Shown piece by piece: positions 27,301 to 39,136 of a stretch of 64,000 nt of DNA. The notes under the pieces were generated by a model. The model was not told the DNA's origin, did no database searches, and worked only from the letters and a program-made list of their open reading frames with translations. This stretch comes from Chloropicon primus (taxonomy: Eukaryota). The DNA lies in the NCBI GenBank assembly GCA_023205875.1, contig CP060756.1, positions 1,364,001 through 1,428,000 on the forward strand, written 5' to 3'. Numbering within the stretch: the first letter of the stretch is position 1; every line of letters begins with the position of its first letter. A program made the position numbers and the translations under genes.

Positions 27301-30300
27301 GCATAAGTCGTGATTGATTCGCTTTTGGCGACGTCCATAACTTTCCGACGCGAGGATACCTCTATTTCTTCATCGGTTGAGTTAGCGATCCACATCGAGC
27401 TGTAGACAAATTTGTCTTCTTGTATATTGTCTTTCCGAAGCACCTGCAATTTATAGGAGCTCCCATATTGGACATCGTTCACTTCAGCGAGTACTTCAGC
27501 TGTTGATGAGCAGACTTGTACAGACTTTGTACAGCGGTACCCAGCCTTTCCAAAGCAACCATTTGCTGAATCATTCCTTTCACTCAGTAGGCCTTCTTTG
27601 ATCATTATCATTTTCATGGTCACTGGATTGAGATCTCGATGGTTATTGCAAACCTTGTGAGCTTGTTCGAGTGCTACAAATATATTCGCACTAGCAAGAG
27701 TGACCTTGCTGTGCAAGATCGTTTCCGTGCTTTCCTCGGAATCTAAAGGTTCATTCCTTTTTCCAAGTGTGGCCCTCGATTCAGAGCTAGGAAGAGCACT
27801 TGAAATGAGACTATCTGCAACCATCCTCTGGCTAGATTCATTGCTGAAGATTGAGCACTGACTGTTTGATGACACCTGGATTTTCAGGCACATAGATGGC
27901 ATCTTTCTCGACAGCAAAAGAGACGAGTGGAGGCAACTGTTGGTGATGCACATTTGGTTTCTGTATAATTCATACAAACAAGACCACGCCAGGTTTTGGA
28001 TGAAGAATAAAGAAAAGGCCTCTTTTCGACCATCTGAAAGAACATTGAAGGAATCAGTGTCATTGATTTTCAGATTGAAGTCAAAGACTGCATCATGAAA
28101 AGTATGATGAACAAAGCAGAAGTTTGATGACAACGACACTCCACCAATAGCCCACAGAAAGGTGGGCTCTGAATTCACATTCACTTTGTGAACAAAGTCC
28201 TTGCCAGAACCGCATGAAAATTGGACGTGAGCATTGGTGCCTTGAAAGGCAAAAGCGCTTACGCCACAGCTGCCCGTTGCATCGTCATTTGGAGTCGGTT
28301 GTGCTTGTTGACTTCGAGGAGCACTCAGGTTCCGCGATGTCGTAGTAGAATCCAGCAGGTGTGATACGTGGGGATTCAGCGATATCAAGTGGCATATTTC
28401 TGCATTTTCAGACTTCAGGCCAGCTGTTAGTGAGGTAAGCAACGCAGAAAGCCCAGCCGCTGGCTCACTATGACCATGTTGAGACTTGCCAGCTTGCAGC
28501 TCCAAGGGTCTACCAGATTGATCGTCGAAATTATCCGAAACTGCGAGGATAGCGCCCACTTCAATTGGATCCCCTAACGATGTTCCAGTTCCATGCATTT
28601 GCAGTCTTTGCAAGAATACAGGTGACCTGCTCTCTGTGAAAGCTCTTGATACAACACTTTGTTGAGCAGGACCATTGGGGGCAGTCAGGGTGCTTGATCG
28701 CCCATCTTGGTTTACGGCACTGGACAAAATAACAATGGAGTAAGACCCATACCGCGGATCGCATGAGAGATATGCACTCGCACACTCTTCACTTCTTACG
28801 TAGCCATCAGCAGATTCATCCAGAACTTTGCACCTTCCATCCATACTGAGCATTCCCGCACTATGGCATGCTTGACTCCAAGTTCTCGCTATCAACAGAT
28901 TTACCCCGGAGATTCCGGCGCTCCGTACGTCATCATTTTTCATTGCATTTGTTGCTAAGTGTACCACAACAAGAGAGGAAGAGCACGCTGTATCGATAGA
29001 AAGACATTGCCCTGTATAACCAAAGGAATAAGACAACCTTCCTGACACTACACTCAAATGGCTTGATGTAGCAGAGAAAGTTGACGTCCCGAGCTTCGAA
29101 TTTCTCAATCTGATGGCCCAAAGCAGTATCGAGTAGTCCAACTGAGATACGCCTACGAACACCGCTGTCTCTTTCGGTATCGACATGGCGTGATGGCAGT
29201 TACTCCATGATTGCAATAACTGCCTCTGTTGTGGATCCATTTCTACTGCCTCAGATTCAGATATTCTGAACAATTGTGGGTCAAACGATTCCACTTCAGC
29301 GAGAAAGAAACCAAAATGAGGCAAAACATCTATGCTATTGTCCCACATGCGGTCCCATCTCCCCGTTGGAACTCTGGAAATCAAGTCCTTCGTACAGCTG
29401 GTCCCCACGACCTGCTTCTGTGAATCCTTTGTCGAGAAGCTTCCAACGAGATAACAAACTTGCGAAGGCATCGAGTCGTGCCTGTTCCCAAGATAAACTT
29501 GTTGGGGTACACTTTCAGCTGTCAGCTTACTTGAAAGCCGTTCCACTGTAGAGCTGACTGCGCCAACAAGGCCTTCCACGTCTGGGTAGTCGAAAACAAG
29601 AGTGCTTGGCAGATCTATGCCAAGCACTGTGTTCAATTTCGACACAAAAGAAACAGCTTGTGATGAATTCAGACCGCTGAGGCCATCATCCACTTCCAAA
29701 CCAGCTTCCTCCTCCAGAGAATCGGCAATGAGTCGCCTTATAGAGGTTCTGCTAGTCCCGCTTTTATTTGGAATAGAGCTGCTTATCTTTTCCTCCAAAA
29801 AGGCACTCACGTCGCTGATTGTTGGATAGTCAAACACAAGAGTAGATGGAACGGCGAGACCAAAGGCCTCCTCAACCTCAACTGCAAATTCAACAGCTTG
29901 ACTTGATGTCATGCCATATTCCATGAGTTGCTGCTCAACATCTACATTTTGTTCGAGCAACTTACCCGCAATCTCTGCTACTCTGCCCTGAAGACTTGAC
30001 CGCATCTCTTCTATGTTCTCGCCGTTCGTCGTCAGCTGTTGAGAGAATTCCTGGTTCAAGCTTGCCAGTCCGTCTAGCATGCTTTCAAAGGAGTTCTGAT
30101 CAAACACAAAGATACTGTTCGCGTTCACCTCAGCGACATGCATGATGAGGACCTCCAAATCTACTGGCAAGGACCTGTCTGAGGTCACATTCAAGGCATC
30201 CAACGATGGTACGACAACCAAGTACAACTGAAAGTGAGGGAAACGATCCACCATGCTCAGAACAGTGTCACTCATGTCTCTGTCTGTGCAGATCACAATC

Positions 30301-32285
30301 CTCGCCATGGATAATTGGCTCAAGTCGAGCGCATCAAGGACTCTTCTCAGACAATCCGACTCGCTGGCAATAACAACGGCGCACGACTCCCCTGATTCTA
30401 CGAGGTGGCTGGAAAGCGTTTGTCGATACCCACACACCTCCCAAATAGAACTTCTCATAACAGGTTTGTGGCTATGCTGCTCCATGGTGGGACCAAACAT
30501 ATCTCGCAAGCGATTCTTCATGATCTTTCCTGAGCTCGTAGTAGGCATTTGAAGCAAGAAGTAATATTTCGTCGGAACCTTGTAGGCCGACATCCTTTCC
30601 CTGCAGTATGATCTGATCTCTGAGGTTCGATTGCCCGTCGTCTCTTCATCTTTGAGCACGATTGCAGCATTCACGAGCTCGCCCATGATGTCGTCTTTGG
30701 TGCCAAACACAGCAGCCTGCTTTACGGAAGGATGAGCGTGAAGGACATTTTCAACCTCGACGCAGTACACGTTCTCGCCACCGCACAGTATCATATCTTT
30801 GATCCTGTCCGCAATCGTGATGTAACCCAACGAACTCACATGGGCCACATCCCCAGTCCTGAACCATTCACCGTGAAAGTGTTTCGATTTCGAGTCCTGA
30901 AGCCGAAAGTACCCATCAAACACCGTCGGGCCCTTCACGACGATCTCCCCCAGGGACCGGTCATCCCAAATGACTTCACTGCCGTCTTCTTGCAGGACTT
31001 TCAATTCGATGGAGATGAAGGGACGACCCGAGGTACATATCAGCTGCACCTGATTCTCCAACGACAACTTCCTTCTGTCTTTTGGAAGCAAAGACATCGA
31101 AATTTTGCCGCAACACTCTGTCATCCCGTACGACACAAAGAACTCGCACCCGAATATCGATATGGTCTTCTTCACGTTCGAATTCGACTGCGGAGATCCT
31201 CCGCACGACATTATCCTCAAAGAAGTGTAGTCTCTCCCCCAACAAGTGGGATGGTGTATCAACATCGTCAACATCGTCGATGCAAGGTTTGTGCAACTGA
31301 CGCGTTCTCTCTCCAGCATGTCCAAGACCCCCAGCGCCGTGAACCGCGGGAAGACTACGTGACTGCCTCCAACGTGCGTGATAGCATAGATGGCGAATGC
31401 GTCAACAAGGTGGAACATGGGAGAAATATGCCCCCAGACATCCGTGGTCTGCAGGCCCATCTCCTCGATCGTTGAAAGCGCGTGCAGGCAAATTTGGTCG
31501 TGCCGCAATATCACGCCCTTCGGCTTCCCCGTGGTTCCGCTCGTGTAATACCACTGGTACTCGAAGTCCTCCTTCCAGTGGTGCCTGATTTCGGACATCC
31601 TGTCCGTGCCCGAGTCAATGCAAGACTCGTAGGTAATCCCCTCGCAAGAAAACTCGGCCTCCACAATCCCACCGACGCGCGAGTCCAACCACACGAGGAA
31701 CTTGGGCATGCCCAGCTGGCTGGCGCCGGCGGCGTCATCCACCTCGCTCAGAGCATCCTCAAGGGTTGGCGCGAGGATCGGGTGAGCGAAGATGGCGTCC
31801 ACCCTCGAGTCCTCGAGAATGAAACGCAATTCGCCAGGTTTGAGGTTCACGTTGAGATTGATCACCGTGGCCTGAAGGGCGGCGGCCGCAAAGTGCACCT
31901 CGATGATGTCATGGCAGTTGGTGCTGAAGATGGCGATCCTCGAGTGCCTGGCCACGCCTCGAGAGAACATGAAGCCCGCCGCGTCTCTTGCCCGCTGGTA
32001 CATCTCCTGGTACGTGAACAGCCTTGCGGTCTGCTCTCCGGATTCGGAGACCTTGACGTCCACGCTGCCGATCTTCCCCCCCCGGACCCTCGCGGCCTCT
32101 GACAGCCAATGCCAAACTCCGCAGTCCTCGAGCACGTCCGCAACGCCGCCATCGGGGACGGCCAGGTCCGTCGTGGACTCGAGTCCCTCCCCGTGCTCCT
32201 CCCTGCTCTTGTCGACGCCGCCCGCAAAGTCGTCCGCCAGCTCCTCCGGAGCGACCTTCCCCGTCCACTTCCTCATCGAGGCCAT
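1..32285 (-). CDS. Giant modular trans-AT type I polyketide synthase (A-ACP-ACP loading plus at least 8 extension modules); 3' end lies outside the window; +1 frameshift near 23360
   Basis: ORF 23337..32285 carries AMP-binding motifs (YTSGTTGKPKG, YGMTE, FRTGD), KS triads (DTACSSS/DTACSAS, HGTGT, GHSE/GHTE), KR (GGTGALG, YAAAN) and ACP (GLDSL). Downstream DNA is near-identical module repeats with spacings 4035, 4941, 3783, 4941, 3783 (all multiples of 3), so one frame appears to continue to position 1. No AT domain (GHSxG) seen. Confidence 0.95.
405..4095 (-). other. PKS module 7: KS - DH* - KR - ACP
   Basis: Near-identical to module 5 at offset 8724. Confidence 0.85.
4190..9035 (-). other. 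PKS module 6: KS - DH - ER - KR - ACP
   Basis: 4941-bp unit with the same DH/ER cassette as module 4. Confidence 0.88.
9130..12820 (-). other. PKS module 5: KS - DH* - KR - ACP
   Basis: 3783-bp unit with the DH* cassette and a single ACP. Confidence 0.85.
12910..17760 (-). other. PKS module 4: KS - DH - ER - KR - ACP (fully reducing)
   Basis: Manual minus-strand translation: DH LWDHVISGQALLPGAAFMEL; ER VGINFRDVLNVLGAYPG and LVHAGSGGIGTAA; KR WVVTGGTGALG. Confidence 0.88.
17855..21795 (-). other. PKS module 3: KS - DH* - KR - ACP - ACP
   Basis: Near-identical to module 2 except for the KS variable patches; tandem ACP at about 17855-18290. Confidence 0.85.
21890..25830 (-). other. PKS module 2: KS - DH* - KR - ACP - ACP (contains the frameshift)
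   Basis: KS DTACSAS/GHTEC; DH-like QHLFNGRPIAG; KR WVVTGGTGALG; two ACP copies about 255 bp apart. Confidence 0.85.
25925..29460 (-). other. PKS module 1: divergent KS - degenerate DH/linker - KR - ACP
   Basis: MDPQQR, DTACSSSL, HGTGTSLGDPIE, GHSEPAAG, FAFQGTNAH; ITGGTGALG; GLDSLGAMELR; no recognisable HxxxGxxxxP. Confidence 0.85.
29550..32285 (-). other. PKS loading module: acyl-activating (adenylation/acyl-CoA ligase-like) domain plus two ACP-like domains
   Basis: WYYTSGTTGKPKG, SYGMTECCG, WFRTGD, RIKDMILCGGENVY, PTTSSGKIMK; ACP-like GMTSSQAVEF...PSTLVFDYPT and GLNSSQAVSF...PSTLVFDYPD. Confidence 0.88.
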
Positions 32286-32993
32286 CGTAGTCGGGGTCTC
32301 CGGCCTCCCTCACTCCCTGCCGCACGACCAACGGAGTCTCTGGCGCGCTTCAATCCAGCGGAGAACTGGATCGCGAGCAGCTCCCCGGTCCCCTGGTCGC
32401 CGCCAGCCAATCAATCTCCCAACCGATTCCGATGCGAGCGCCGGCACGTCGACTCCCTCCGGACGGCTCACGCAACCCCTCTGCACTCGTCACTCGACAC
32501 TGCGAGGCTCCTCCTCGCCTCCGTCACACTCTCACAACAACAACGACGACGCTCTCACAGCAACGCACACACAAAGGAACACACGCACGCACGCACCCAA
32601 TGAATGAATACACCGCACGCTCTCTCAATCTCTCAATCCCGCGAGAATCGTTCGGGTCTCCCGCTCCGTCGCGTCTCTTTCGTATTCGTTCGCTCGCTTG
32701 TTCGCGCTCTCTCTCTCTCTGCCTCGTCTCTATCGTTCGTTTTCGCGCTTCGCTCCTCCGCTCGCCGGCCGCTCCGCTCTCTCAGCCGTTACTTAAATCC
32801 CCATTTTTGCGCGCGAAGCGTTTCGTTTCGATTTTGGTCAAATTTGGTTGAGGCCAGCAGAAGAGATTGGAGATGCCGGGGGGGAGAGGAGAACCCAACA
32901 AAGACTGCAGTGAGGATGGAATACACATTAAAATTAGAGCAAAGATCTTTCTCCACGCTCTTTGTTCTCTCTCTCTCTCTCTCTCTCTTTTCT

Positions 32994-34621
32994 TCACTGC
33001 TTGCAAAGGTCTTCCAAAACACCCATGGTCACGCTCTTTGGTCGCTCGATGGGGAGCCCCAAGGCCCTGTCCCAAACGCCCTGGCTCAGGACTCCCAAGC
33101 AACGCGACACTCCGAAGAGCACGGTGTAGAAGTTGGCCTCCTTGATTCCGTAGTGCTGCAGCAGGGCGCCGCTGTGGGCGTCCACGTTTGGCCACGGGTT
33201 CTTCACCTTTCCGGTCTGCTTCAGGACCTCTGGCACCACCTCGTACAGGAGGGAGACGAGCTTGAAGGTCTCGTCGTCGGGGAGGTGCTTGAGGGCGAAC
33301 TCCCTCTGGCACGTGTACCTCGGGTCCGTGAGCCTCAGCACGGCGTGGCCGTACCCGGGGACGACCTTGCCGTTCTTCAGGGTGTCCCACACAAAGTCCG
33401 TGAGGTCCTCCTTGGTGGGGTCCGCCCCCAGCTCGTTCTTCACGTTGTTGATCCAGAGGAGGACCTCCTGGTTGGCTAGGCCGTGGAGTGGGCCGGCTAG
33501 GCCCGTCATCCCCGCGGCGAAGGACAGGTAGGGGTCCGAGAGGGCGCTGCCCACGAGGTGCGTGGTGTGAGCGCTAACGTTGCCTCCCTCGTGGTCGCTG
33601 TGAATCGTTTGGTACAGCCTCATGAGCTCCATGGCCCCGGTGGAGCTGTAGCCCATCATGTGGGAAAGGTTAGCGGCCCAGTCCAAGCTCGGATCGGCCT
33701 CTATGATCTGGTTGTTGTGGTACGTCCTTCGGTAAATCAGGGAAGCCACCGCGGGCAGCTTGGCGATCAGGTCCATGCTGTCCTCAAAGTAAGGCTTCCA
33801 GTACTCGGACTTGTGGATGCCCCTGGTGTACGCCGCGGCGAACTCGCTGTTGGTCTGAAGGGCAAGAATTGCTTGAGTGAACTGAGTCATGGGGTGGGTG
33901 TCCGCCGGCATGGCGTTCAAGACCTTGGCGACGTGGGGAGGCAGGGCGCTCCTCTTCCTCAAGTCCACCGACAGCTGGTCCACCTGCTCCTTGGTCGGGA
34001 TCTCCCCCGTCATGAGAAGCCAGAGCATCCCCTCCGGGAGAGGCTCCCCGCCCTCCACGGCCGCAGGCAGGGCCTTCTGACACTCCGGGATCGTGTAACC
34101 CCTGAAACGAATCCCGTCCTCCGGGTCGAGCAAAGAAGTCTCCCAGAGCATACCCTGCACACAGAGAGGGAGAGAGAGAAAGAGAGAGAGAGGCGAGTGG
34201 AGGGAGTGAAGCAGACGAAAGCCCCCCAGTCAGTCAAAGCCATCCTTCAAGCTTGAATTTTTCCCCCACACACCTCCCGGTGGTGGACATGGACACGGCG
34301 AACCACATCCCACACCGAGCCCCGGGCTCCCCGCTCGCGGTGACTTACCGTGATCCCACGCATGCCGCCTATGCACATTCCAACGGTGACGTCTCCAATG
34401 ACTTTGTCCCCGTGCGCCTTCTTGATTGCCTTGAGCCTCTCCTGTTGGGCTGGAATCTTCTCCGCGACCACGGACCTCAGGTCGGTGGACGAGAGCCTCT
34501 GTTGCTGGCTCTGCCACGAGGAGGCCGACCCGAGCAGCCCCAGGCGGGGCAACCGGTACGCCAGCGCCGAGTTGCACGCGCTCCCATGCTTCGCCGCCGC
34601 GAGTGTAAACAACAACGCCAT
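32994..34621 (-). CDS. CS: Citrate synthase, mitochondrial/eukaryotic type; exons 34621-34349 and 34154-32994
   Basis: GGMRGIT|GMLWETS joined across a GT-AG intron (34348-34155); [36 protein letters not shown]. Confidence 0.95.
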
Positions 34622-34825
34622 ACTTTGCCAGCCCCTCCTCCCTCTCTCGCTTAGCTTTTGCTTTTTTTTTTAGGGCTTGACCTGGAATGACCTGGAGGAC
34701 GGGGAATCTCGGAGGGAGAGGAGAGGAGGGAGAGGAGAGGAGCGTAACGGTGACTCGGATGGAGAGACAGAAACAAAACATTTTCAGGACTGACTAAATG
34801 CCTTTATTTGAAATACGTGCGAGCA

Positions 34826-36731
34826 TCAAGAAGTTTGGGGTAGGGGTTCGGCCTCCTCCACGCTGCTGGGGGCGTAGTACTCAACACGAGAGTCGTAGTA
34901 ACTCAGGAGATCGATCTCGGAGTCTTGGAGCTCCAGCAGCTGCTTGAACTTGTCGAGCTCGATCGAGGCGTTCTCGGAGGAGCCCAGGCACTTTGCGATC
35001 TCGTCCACCATTTCCAAGGAGCACTCCGCGTCAGACTCGCACACGAACTCGGCCAACTCCTCCAGAGTGAAGACGTCGCAACTGGAGGAGAGCTGGGAGT
35101 ACATGTCCCTAACCCAGTCGTTCCACGAGTCCTGGCGCTGAATCTTGGGCCAGTCCACCAGGAACGGCGCGAGGTCCTTGACCTTGAGGGTCTCGTGGGA
35201 CAGCGAGTCGATCACCTCGCAGATCTGCGTCCACTCGTCCGCCTCGAGGTCGTAGCCGCCCGACGAGAGCATCCAGACCAAATCGTCGACCCGCACCTCT
35301 CCCGAGTTGTTGTAATCCAGCGAGTTCAGGAAGTTCTTCACGCTCTCCATCTCCTCGTCCTCCCTGTCCAGGAGGTTCATGTACTTGAGTATCTTCTGCA
35401 GCAGGACCTGCTTCAGCTTTCCGTAAAGGCCGAACCTCTGGAGCCTCGCCACCAGACTCTCCTCCAGGACGTCTTGGCCTCCCTCCAGCTCGGCCCCGGG
35501 CGCGCTCCCCCCGGAGTTCGCCCCTTTGCCGGCCCCCCCCCTCACCCACGGGTGGCTGAGGGCGTCCTTGGCCGAAATCCTCCTGCCGGAGTCCTTCTCC
35601 AGCAGCAGGGAGACGAACTCCTTGGCGGACTCCGAGATCTGGGGCCACGGCTCCCTCTCAAAGTCGGGCTGGTCGTACAGCACCGACCGCCACACCTCCT
35701 TCGGGACTTTTTGGTTCCCCTCCTCGTCCGAGAAGGGGTACCTCCCCGAGAGGAGGAGGTAGGCCATCACCCCGATGCTCCACACGTCGCAAGAGTGCCC
35801 GTAGTCCTGCCGGATCACCTCGGGGGAAAGGAAAGACACCGTGCCGCACCTCTCCAGCAGCCTCTCCTCCTCCGTGCAGAAGGCCGCCAGGCCAAAGTCG
35901 GTCAGCTTCAGGTGCCCCTGCTCGGTCCACAGGAAGTTCTCCGGCTTGATGTCCCTGAACACGATGTCGTGAAGGTTGCACTGGATCACGCTCCGGAGGG
36001 CGGACCGGAGGACCGCCGCGACCCGCTCCTCGGTGTACCTCGAGGGGGACAGGAAGGAGCTCGTGAGCAGGGTGCCTCCGAGGCACAGCTCCAGAACCAG
36101 GTGGACCCTGTCCGCCTCCTCGAAGGCCTCGTACGCGTACGCGATGTCGAGGCTCTTCCCCAGGCTCAGGTGGGCCCGGAACTCCGCCTGCACCTTCGTC
36201 TTGTACAGAGCGAGCCTCCCCGTGAAGTGCTTCGGCTTCTTCCGAATCGTCTTCACCGCCACCCGCTTTCCAGTGGCCTTGCACACCGCCTCGTGGACCA
36301 CGCCGTAGCCCCCCGAGCCCAATACCTTGCCCACCTCGTAGTGGTCCTCCAGCTTGCGGCCGAAGGACGGGCCGGATGTCGCGGACTTCGAGGACTTCTC
36401 CAGCGCCGAGGTGCACGCGCTCCCATGCTTCGCCGCCCCACCGGCCTTGGTCGCGTCCCCCAGCCACCTGGATTCCAGCAAGAACTCCTCCATGGGGTCC
36501 CTCGGCGTCCTTCCCCTCTGCTCGTACCTCCCCGGGTCGTACTTCCGATAGGCTGCTCCCAATCCCCCTAAATCCCTCCGTCGCAGCCTTCTAGTTTCTC
36601 CCTCCCGACGACGACGACGGCTGAGGCGGCTGAGAGAGAGAGAGAGATCAATCCGCTCGCCCTCCCTCCCGGCGCCGTGGCGCCAGCAGCAGTGTTCCGC
36701 CCTCGTCGTCCCCATCCCCATCCCCATCATC
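34826..36731 (-). CDS. Ser/Thr kinase, CDPK/CDPK-related, with degenerate C-terminal EF-hands; start uncertain
   Basis: LGSGGYGVV, VAVK, FRDIKPEN, DFG, SPE, DVWSIGV; junction-like RLQRFGLYGKLKQ; DYNNSGEV. Confidence 0.85.
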
Positions 36732-36872
36732 TTCGTCAAGCAGTCAGCAGAGCGATCGATCGAAGACTCCCCCTGACGGTGACGATGATGACTCACGCTG
36801 ACGCACCGAGAGGATCGATAAGATCATATCTTCTTTTTTTTGCCAGAAGAGGCGGGAGGGCGGGAGGGAAGG

Positions 36873-38126
36873 ATGATGTGGTGGGACGAGAGGGGGGTGA
36901 GGGGGGTGGAGGGGAGGAGGGGGAGGGTGGCGGTGGTGGACTTGGATTGCGAGTACACGAGGAGGGCGGTGGTGGAGGCGTTCGAGGGGCTGGAGGAGGG
37001 AGGGTGGGTGGTCAGGGTGACGGAGCCTCGAGAGGGGGAGGAGGGGGAGGAGGGGGAGGAGGAGGTCACCCCCGTGAGGGGGGCGCACGTGTACTGGGGG
37101 GAGTACGAGAGGATAGACTGGGACTCTGTCGGGGCGGGGGACGTCGTGGCCAACTGCTACTGCATCAGGAAGGGGCTCATCAGGAAGGCCCAGCTGGCCT
37201 TGGGGGTGTCCAAGTGGCGGTCGAAGAGGCCGGGGAGCCTCCTCGCCCGCTGCGTCCCGGAGACCCACGTCTTCGAGCTGTACGACATCGAGTACTTCGA
37301 CGAGGTCCTGATCGCGGACGTTCCGGAGCTCAGGGACATCAAGCCCGAGGACGTGTGGATTCTCAAGCCGAACATCACCAACCAGGCCTTGGGCGTGACG
37401 GTCTTCAACGACTTGGACACCCTGAGGTCGGTGCTTTCCAGCGACGAGGCGTGGAACCTGAGGGAGTGGGTGGTTCAGAGGTACGTGGACCGCCCCCTCC
37501 TGGTGGGGGGGAAGAAGTTCCACGTCAGGGTGTACGTCCTGGCGGTTGGGGCGGCGCCGATGACGGTCTACGTGCACGACGACATGCTGGCCCTCTTCGC
37601 GGCGGAGACATACCGCCACGCTGGCGGCTCGGGGTCGGTGCGGGAGCTGTCCGACCTGGGGGCCCACCTGACGAACACGTGCAGGGTCGCGAGCGACGGC
37701 TCGATGACGGAGGGCGAGGAGAGCGGGTTCGTCAAGCTCTTCGACGAGATTCGGGACGAGATTCGGGTCGAGGGCGCGAAGGAGGGGATCAGGAAGGTCG
37801 TGGGCGAGTGCTTCGAGGCGGTTTCCTCGGACCTGTCGTTCATGCCCCTGCCCAACTGCTTCGAGCTCTTCGGCTTTGACTTCATGCTCGACGAGGACTG
37901 GGGGCTGTGGCTGCTGGAGGCGAACGCCGAGCCCGACTTCAAGCAGACGGGGGGCAGACTGAATCGGATCATCGGGGACGCGATCAAGGGGGTTTACGAC
38001 AAGGCGGTGGCGCCCTTGACGGGGGCGGCGAGGGGCACGGGAAATTACGACGGGACCAAGTGGCGCAAGGTCTACGAGAAGATGGTTGTGTCGGGGAGCG
38101 AGGCCGTGGGCTTCCAGGTGGTCTGA
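36873..38126 (+). CDS. Tubulin-tyrosine ligase (TTL/ATP-grasp) family protein
   Basis: IRKGLIRK, WILKP, VVQRYVDRPLLVGGKKFHVRVYVL, HLTN, FELFGFDFMLDED, LLEAN. Confidence 0.88.
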   Translation: MMWWDERGVRGVEGRRGRVAVVDLDCEYTRRAVVEAFEGLEEGGWVVRVTEPREGEEGEEGEEEVTPVRGAHVYWGEYERIDWDSVGAGDVVANCYCIRKGLIRKAQLALGVSKWRSKRPGSLLARCVPETHVFELYDIEYFDEVLIADVPELRDIKPEDVWILKPNITNQALGVTVFNDLDTLRSVLSSDEAWNLREWVVQRYVDRPLLVGGKKFHVRVYVLAVGAAPMTVYVHDDMLALFAAETYRHAGGSGSVRELSDLGAHLTNTCRVASDGSMTEGEESGFVKLFDEIRDEIRVEGAKEGIRKVVGECFEAVSSDLSFMPLPNCFELFGFDFMLDEDWGLWLLEANAEPDFKQTGGRLNRIIGDAIKGVYDKAVAPLTGAARGTGNYDGTKWRKVYEKMVVSGSEAVGFQVV

Positions 38127-38221
38127 GAGCAGAGAGAGAGAGAGAAGAGAGGTCTGAGAGAGAGCATCTAGTAGCAGCGGTGCTTATTATTATTTTTCCA
38201 AGTAATTTACCTAACCTTAAG

Positions 38222-38911
38222 CTACGACGACGGCGATGCCACGCCGCTCGCCTCCTCCTCGAGCCTGTGGATGAGCCTGGACGCGAACTTGGCCTGGGTC
38301 GCGGCGTCCACGGCGTGGAAGCTCGGCACGTGCACGAACAGGGAGTACAGGCAGTCCCTCTTCTGGAACAGGCTCAGGGACGCAAAGTACGTGTAGTTGC
38401 AGACGTACCTCCCCGCGTCGTGGGAGACCTCGCAGTCGAAGCCGTCCCCCCGCAGCCGCTCCGCCACGCTCTCCACGTCGAGCCTCGTGTGGAGGCAGGC
38501 CCCCTTGTCGTACGAGGTGCTCGGCGGCACGACCGGCTCCCCCCTGGGCTGGAAGCCGTCCTCGTCCGGCAGCCGGAAGTCCGCCTCGTTGAACGCCCTC
38601 CTCTCGAGCTTGAACCCGCCCGCGCACACGTCCACCCCGAAGTGCACTACCACGAACACCCTCCTCCTCCCACCGGCGGCGTCGTCGTCCTTGAGGACCG
38701 TGTCGTGGACCACCCGAAGGTGGTCCTCCACCGTCCTCGCGGACACCTTGAGGACCTCGCACGACGCCAGCTTCCCCGCCGCCTCCTCGTCCTCCCTCAG
38801 CCCGTTCACGAGGACCTCCGTCGGGTTCGCGGGAACCCCGGGAAACTTGCCGAAGCCCGTCACCACGAAGCGAACGTCGGAGGGGGGGGAGGAAGCAGCA
38901 GCAGCAGCCAT
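38222..38911 (-). CDS. Pyroglutamyl-peptidase I (peptidase C15)
   Basis: VTGFGKF..NPT, LERRAFN (Glu), SHDAGRYVCNY (Cys), FVHVP (His). Confidence 0.92.
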   Translation of the reverse strand: MAAAAASSPPSDVRFVVTGFGKFPGVPANPTEVLVNGLREDEEAAGKLASCEVLKVSARTVEDHLRVVHDTVLKDDDAAGGRRRVFVVVHFGVDVCAGGFKLERRAFNEADFRLPDEDGFQPRGEPVVPPSTSYDKGACLHTRLDVESVAERLRGDGFDCEVSHDAGRYVCNYTYFASLSLFQKRDCLYSLFVHVPSFHAVDAATQAKFASRLIHRLEEEASGVASPSS

Positions 38912-39136
38912 GTTTTTGTTGATTGCCGCTACGATCAGGATAGGACACGATTCGCACGCGACGTCGACCAAGCCCCGGATAGGGATTCGACGCCCTCGTC
39001 GCCCTCGGCGCCCTCGTCGTCCTCGTCGTCCTCGTCGTCCTCGTCGTCTGGTGGGGGACCGGTGTTGGCTCGGCCTGCAATTCGTGTCGGAAATCGTGTT
39101 GGGGTACAAATCGCGAAATGCTCGAAAAAATCAACA

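Noticed and set aside
32994..38911. Citrate synthase, kinase, TTL and peptidase as PKS cluster or tailoring genes
   Set aside because: Ordinary housekeeping families; no AT, PPTase, thioesterase or transporter nearby to support a cluster
38990..39048. (CCTCGTCGT)n tract, plus (GA)n, (ACCTCC)n and poly-A tracts elsewhere
   Set aside because: Simple microsatellites typical of the spacers and low-complexity coding regions here
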